Positions 41,938 to 45,185 of a stretch of 45,185 nucleotides of DNA are shown here, one piece after another. A model generated the notes under the pieces. That model saw nothing but the letters and a program-made list of their open reading frames with translations, was not told the DNA's origin and ran no database searches. The stretch is from IMG/VR virus record IMGVR_UViG_3300027933_000001, positions 1 through 45,185 of that record. The stretch is one strand, 5' to 3'. How positions within the stretch are numbered: position 1 is the stretch's first letter; every line of letters starts with the position of its first letter. A program made the position numbers and the translations under genes.

Positions 41938-41958
41938 TTCTGACGTCCTCCCCGTCAG

Positions 41959-42783
41959 CTACTCTTCTTGTTGTTGAATATTCTCTTCAACGAGAACCAA
42001 TGGAATTTTATCTAAACCTAGGAGACGGCATAGGTAATTGTCACACTCCTTGTAACCTACAATTTTGTATTTTTCTGGGTTGTTATTTGCTAAATTAAGA
42101 ATTTCGTCATAAATACTCTTTGCAATTTCTCTAAGACGATCTTCTACCCTTTCACGAATTGCGTCTACAACTTCATATATTTTATCAGCTATATCGTCTG
42201 GTACATCGCCAAACACCTTCTCATAAGCACGTTGAAAAGCACTTGCCATGTCCTGAAAATACCAACATAAAGTGCATGGAAGAGTATCAACGATCATCGC
42301 CACAAAAGCACCGATTTCTGGTCTATTACTAAAATCCTCAATATATATGATATCAGGCAATTCGACTACATGACCTTCTAAACCTTCTGGATCCAAGCTA
42401 TATGAATCGAAACAGTCCTCTAACGCATCGATTATGTGCTTAACTATGGGTTCAACATCATAATTCTTTTTCAAGTAATCAAACAGGTAATCTAGCATAT
42501 CTTCTTGCATATGATAGTCTTTCAGTGTTTCTAACATACATTTAAAATCATAATCGCACGTAGTAGCTATTAATTGTGCTACTTCGTCTTTCGGGAATTT
42601 TTTATAGTTTTTGAAAACATAATCAGAGAAATTAACGCTTATATCATACAATACGTTATCCAGCTCTTTCCTATTTTCTATGCCTAAAATTTTCCTTAGT
42701 TTCTTCCTATTATTCAGCACTTCAGTAACACAATTCAAATTGCAATACTCACTTATTTTTAGAAAATATTCGTTTGTATTCAT
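41959..42783 (-). CDS. Acidic helical hypothetical protein
   Basis: 274-aa ORF with RBS and TATA-like TTTAAATA. Confidence 0.8.
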   Translation of the reverse strand: MNTNEYFLKISEYCNLNCVTEVLNNRKKLRKILGIENRKELDNVLYDISVNFSDYVFKNYKKFPKDEVAQLIATTCDYDFKCMLETLKDYHMQEDMLDYLFDYLKKNYDVEPIVKHIIDALEDCFDSYSLDPEGLEGHVVELPDIIYIEDFSNRPEIGAFVAMIVDTLPCTLCWYFQDMASAFQRAYEKVFGDVPDDIADKIYEVVDAIRERVEDRLREIAKSIYDEILNLANNNPEKYKIVGYKECDNYLCRLLGLDKIPLVLVEENIQQQEE

Positions 42784-42884
42784 AATTTATCCCCTCTCGT
42801 CGAAATGAAATTTTGATAAAAAAGTATTTAAATACATGGGGCTATCCATCCCCGCTGGCGTGGCTTTCCGCCCTGGAAGAGCGA

Positions 42885-43951
42885 GTGTGCAATAGGATTC
42901 TTATTGAAAACCAGCCCTTGCTCATGTGCAATATCATTCTTATTGACTCTTTCTTTTGCTTGTGTGCAGAGCTATTATTAATTGAGGTATATATTTGCTT
43001 ATGTGCAATAGTGGTATTATTGAGCAACTTAATTGCTTATGTGCAATACAAATATTATTGAATTCTACTATTGCTTATGTGCAAAACGTGTATTATTGAA
43101 TGCATTCTTTGCTTATGTGCAGGTAGATTGTTATTGACTTACCTCATTGCTTGTGTGCAGTCAACTGATTATTGAAACGATTTCCTGCTAATGTGCAGGT
43201 TATTTGTTATTGAACTTTGCTCTTGTTTATCTGCAACGACCACGTTATTAAGCCTTTTGCTTGCTTGTGTGCATTGCTTATCTTATTGAAAGGTATTATT
43301 GCTTGTGTGCAGTACATTAATTATTGAAATAGCTGATTGCTTGTGTGCAGTTGCATCGATATTGAGGAGTAGTATTGCTTATGTGCAGGTAAGGGATTAT
43401 TGAGCTATATGTTTGCTCATGTGCAGTTGATCCTTTATTGAGTGTTTCTCTTGCTAATGTGCGGTCATGAGTTTATTGAATAATGTTATTGCTTGTGTGC
43501 AGTTAGATTGTTGTTGAATATGTTTCTTGCTTGTGTGCAATACGCCTCTTACTGAATTCCTGAATTGCTCGTGTGCAATAGGGTTCTTGTTGAAAACCAA
43601 CCCTTGCTCATGTGCAGTTTTACATTTATTAACGATACCTTTTGCTCATGTGCAAGACGGCGTTTATTGACGTTATCTTTTGCTTATGTGTAAGTTTGCC
43701 GTTATTGATCTTTATTTTTGCTTATGTGTATATGACCTCTTATTAATTTTTTCGCTTGCTTATGTGCAGTTTGTATTTTATCAACAATCAGGATTGCTTA
43801 TGTGCAGTAGGGTGTTTATCGACTATACTTATTGCTTGTGTGCAGTCCAACCGTTATTGAGGTATATATTTGCTTATGTGCAAGAATGGCTTTATTGAGC
43901 GTACTTCTTGCTTATGTGCAATATCGTTCTTATTGATTTTTTCCTTATGTA
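42885..43951 (-). ncRNA. TIGR-type tandem interspaced guide array (28 units, 38-bp period)
   Basis: Plus-strand unit TTGCTT(A/G)TGTGCA-N9-TTATTGA-N9 with almost all spacers unique; begins directly after the stop codon of the Nop/IS110-like gene. Confidence 0.88.
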
Positions 43952-44983
43952 TTATTTAATAATCTTTTTCTTCTTAAGCCACGTTGTAACCTCCTCTCTG
44001 TTTATACCTAGTTCTTCTATTATCTTTTCAAATTTAGCTTTATATTTTGCAGTCTTCGTGTCAACGTAATAGTCTGTAATTGGCGATTCAATGAAATCTT
44101 CGTGCTTCTTGAGGACTTCGTATTCTTTCCCCAACACTACCTTGTAAGCCTCATGTAATGGCACACCTTGCCTATAGTGTAAAGAGATTGCGAAATACTG
44201 TGATAATAGTAAGGATATTGCTTTCCTGATAGCAGTCCTCTGTACTCTTAGCTTATTCCAGTCTGGATGCTTAGTTGCGATTTCTTCTTTAAATGATTTT
44301 ATTATCTTTGCGTAAACACCGCCAGCTAATATGAGGTTGTTAGCTAAAATTCCTAGCAGAAATGTTTTTACTGTTCTGTTATACTTAACGTTTTTCGCTG
44401 ACGTGCCAATAAGTTTCGTCCCATCGTTAGGGCATAACCACCCTTCCTTCGAGGGAATTGCTGGTTTCCCATTCGAGGACTCACCAGCGTAATAGTAATA
44501 TCCGCATTTAGAACATGTAAACATTACGGCTAAACCAGCGTACTTCCTGAACTTATTAATGTTATACTGAAACTTTGGTGGATATGCATAAACGATAAGT
44601 CTAGCACCGTTAACAGCTCCTATCCCCCTAATAAACACCAGGAAGTTAGTAAATTCAGGGAACTTAGTTACCACCTTGCCTATAAGTCCCTTGGCTATCT
44701 CCTCTTGTCTGAGTAGTTCCATGAACCTCTCTATGAGGTCATTAGACGGCGTTTCTTCAACAATTCTCACAGGCTCACCGCATACTGGACATTTATCGCG
44801 TTTTTCGTCTTCCTTAAGTAATATCATATGACCGTTCTTGCACGCTGTATATCTCCTTAGGAAGACCCACTTATTGTTCTCTTTTTTTGCCCCTATCCTG
44901 TTCCCAAATGCTACTCTAAGTTTTATTATATCATCTCTGAATGCTACCAAATCTCTTAAAGGAACTAAATCTGCCTCGCTCAT
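43952..44983 (-). CDS. Tas-like (TasA-type, nuclease-less) Nop/IS110-related RNA-binding protein with two Zn-ribbon insertions
   Basis: LRDLVAFRDDIIKLRVAFGNRI coiled coil; FLVFIRGIGAVNGARLI, FRKYAGL, YNRTVKTFL, RTAIRKAISLL; no DEDD/RuvC or HNH seen; adjacent dual-spacer array. Confidence 0.82.
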   Translation of the reverse strand: MSEADLVPLRDLVAFRDDIIKLRVAFGNRIGAKKENNKWVFLRRYTACKNGHMILLKEDEKRDKCPVCGEPVRIVEETPSNDLIERFMELLRQEEIAKGLIGKVVTKFPEFTNFLVFIRGIGAVNGARLIVYAYPPKFQYNINKFRKYAGLAVMFTCSKCGYYYYAGESSNGKPAIPSKEGWLCPNDGTKLIGTSAKNVKYNRTVKTFLLGILANNLILAGGVYAKIIKSFKEEIATKHPDWNKLRVQRTAIRKAISLLLSQYFAISLHYRQGVPLHEAYKVVLGKEYEVLKKHEDFIESPITDYYVDTKTAKYKAKFEKIIEELGINREEVTTWLKKKKIIK

Positions 44984-44989
44984 GCCTCA

Positions 44990-45127
44990 TCACTTCGCAG
45001 AAACATATATATTGTATAGCTCTGCATATATTACTTGGACTAGAAATAATGCATCTTTGATATTTCCTGACTTAATCAAGTTATCTAATTCTTTTATGTA
45101 TTCATTTATCTCATTTATTTTTTCCAT
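44990..45127 (-). CDS. Small protein directly upstream of the tas-like gene (start MEKINE)
   Basis: 45-aa ORF ending 6 bp before the tas ATG. Confidence 0.55.
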   Translation of the reverse strand: MEKINEINEYIKELDNLIKSGNIKDALFLVQVIYAELYNIYVSAK

Positions 45128-45158
45128 TCTAAAACGCCCCCGAAAACACAGGTGTGAT

Positions 45159-45185
45159 AAAATAAACGGCAACCCTCGCCCTTTA
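45159..45185 (+). mobile_element. Start of another IS605-type left end (truncated by window)
   Basis: AAAATAAACGGCAACCCTCGCCCTTTA resembles 6197 and 20014 ends. Confidence 0.6.

Noticed and set aside
42813-43898. ORFs 42813-43061, 42842-43027 and 43680-43898
   Set aside because: Translations of the repeat array; 38-bp period is not a multiple of three
42885-43951. Calling the 38-bp array a CRISPR array or simple satellite
   Set aside because: Two alternating short repeats with 9-nt unique spacers fit neither
44744-44752. Spacer AGACGGCGT matches inside the tas-like gene (other single 9-12-nt matches also noticed)
   Set aside because: The partner half-spacer is not adjacent, and single 9-mers are expected by chance in 45 kb; no full 18-nt self-target was spotted, though no systematic search was possible
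43952-44983. Annotating the 343-aa protein as an IS110 transposase
   Set aside because: No N-terminal DEDD RuvC domain and no IS ends; the adjacent dual-spacer array fits Tas better
1-45185. Naming the exact virus isolate; tRNA/rRNA, integrase or polymerase genes
   Set aside because: The isolate cannot be fixed without a search, and none of these genes was recognisable in the window

Overview
The window looks like part of the genome of a large spindle-shaped Sulfolobales virus (Bicaudaviridae-like: ATV/ATSV/SMV group). It encodes an ATV p131/ATSV D135-type structural protein, a candidate two-helix spindle capsid protein, a MoxR AAA+ ATPase with a vWA partner, a second AAA ATPase, a ParB-domain protein, ThyX, glycosylation enzymes, a large repeat-containing surface protein and RHH regulators. 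The main finding is at the right end. A 28-unit, 38-bp-period dual-repeat array (13-nt repeat / 9-nt spacer / 7-nt repeat / 9-nt spacer; 42885-43951) abuts a 343-aa IS110/Nop-domain-like protein. That protein has no recognisable nuclease domain but carries two inserted Zn ribbons, so the locus appears to be a TIGR-Tas-type RNA-guided system. About 2.5 kb away is a cas-less mini-CRISPR array (40113-40401). The window also contains two TnpB elements and many non-autonomous IS200/IS605 derivatives, one inserted exactly between the ATG and codon 2 of a viral Sul7d gene. A palindromic motif CACANNTGTG is dispersed across the whole window. All family assignments come from motif recognition by eye; no searches were run.
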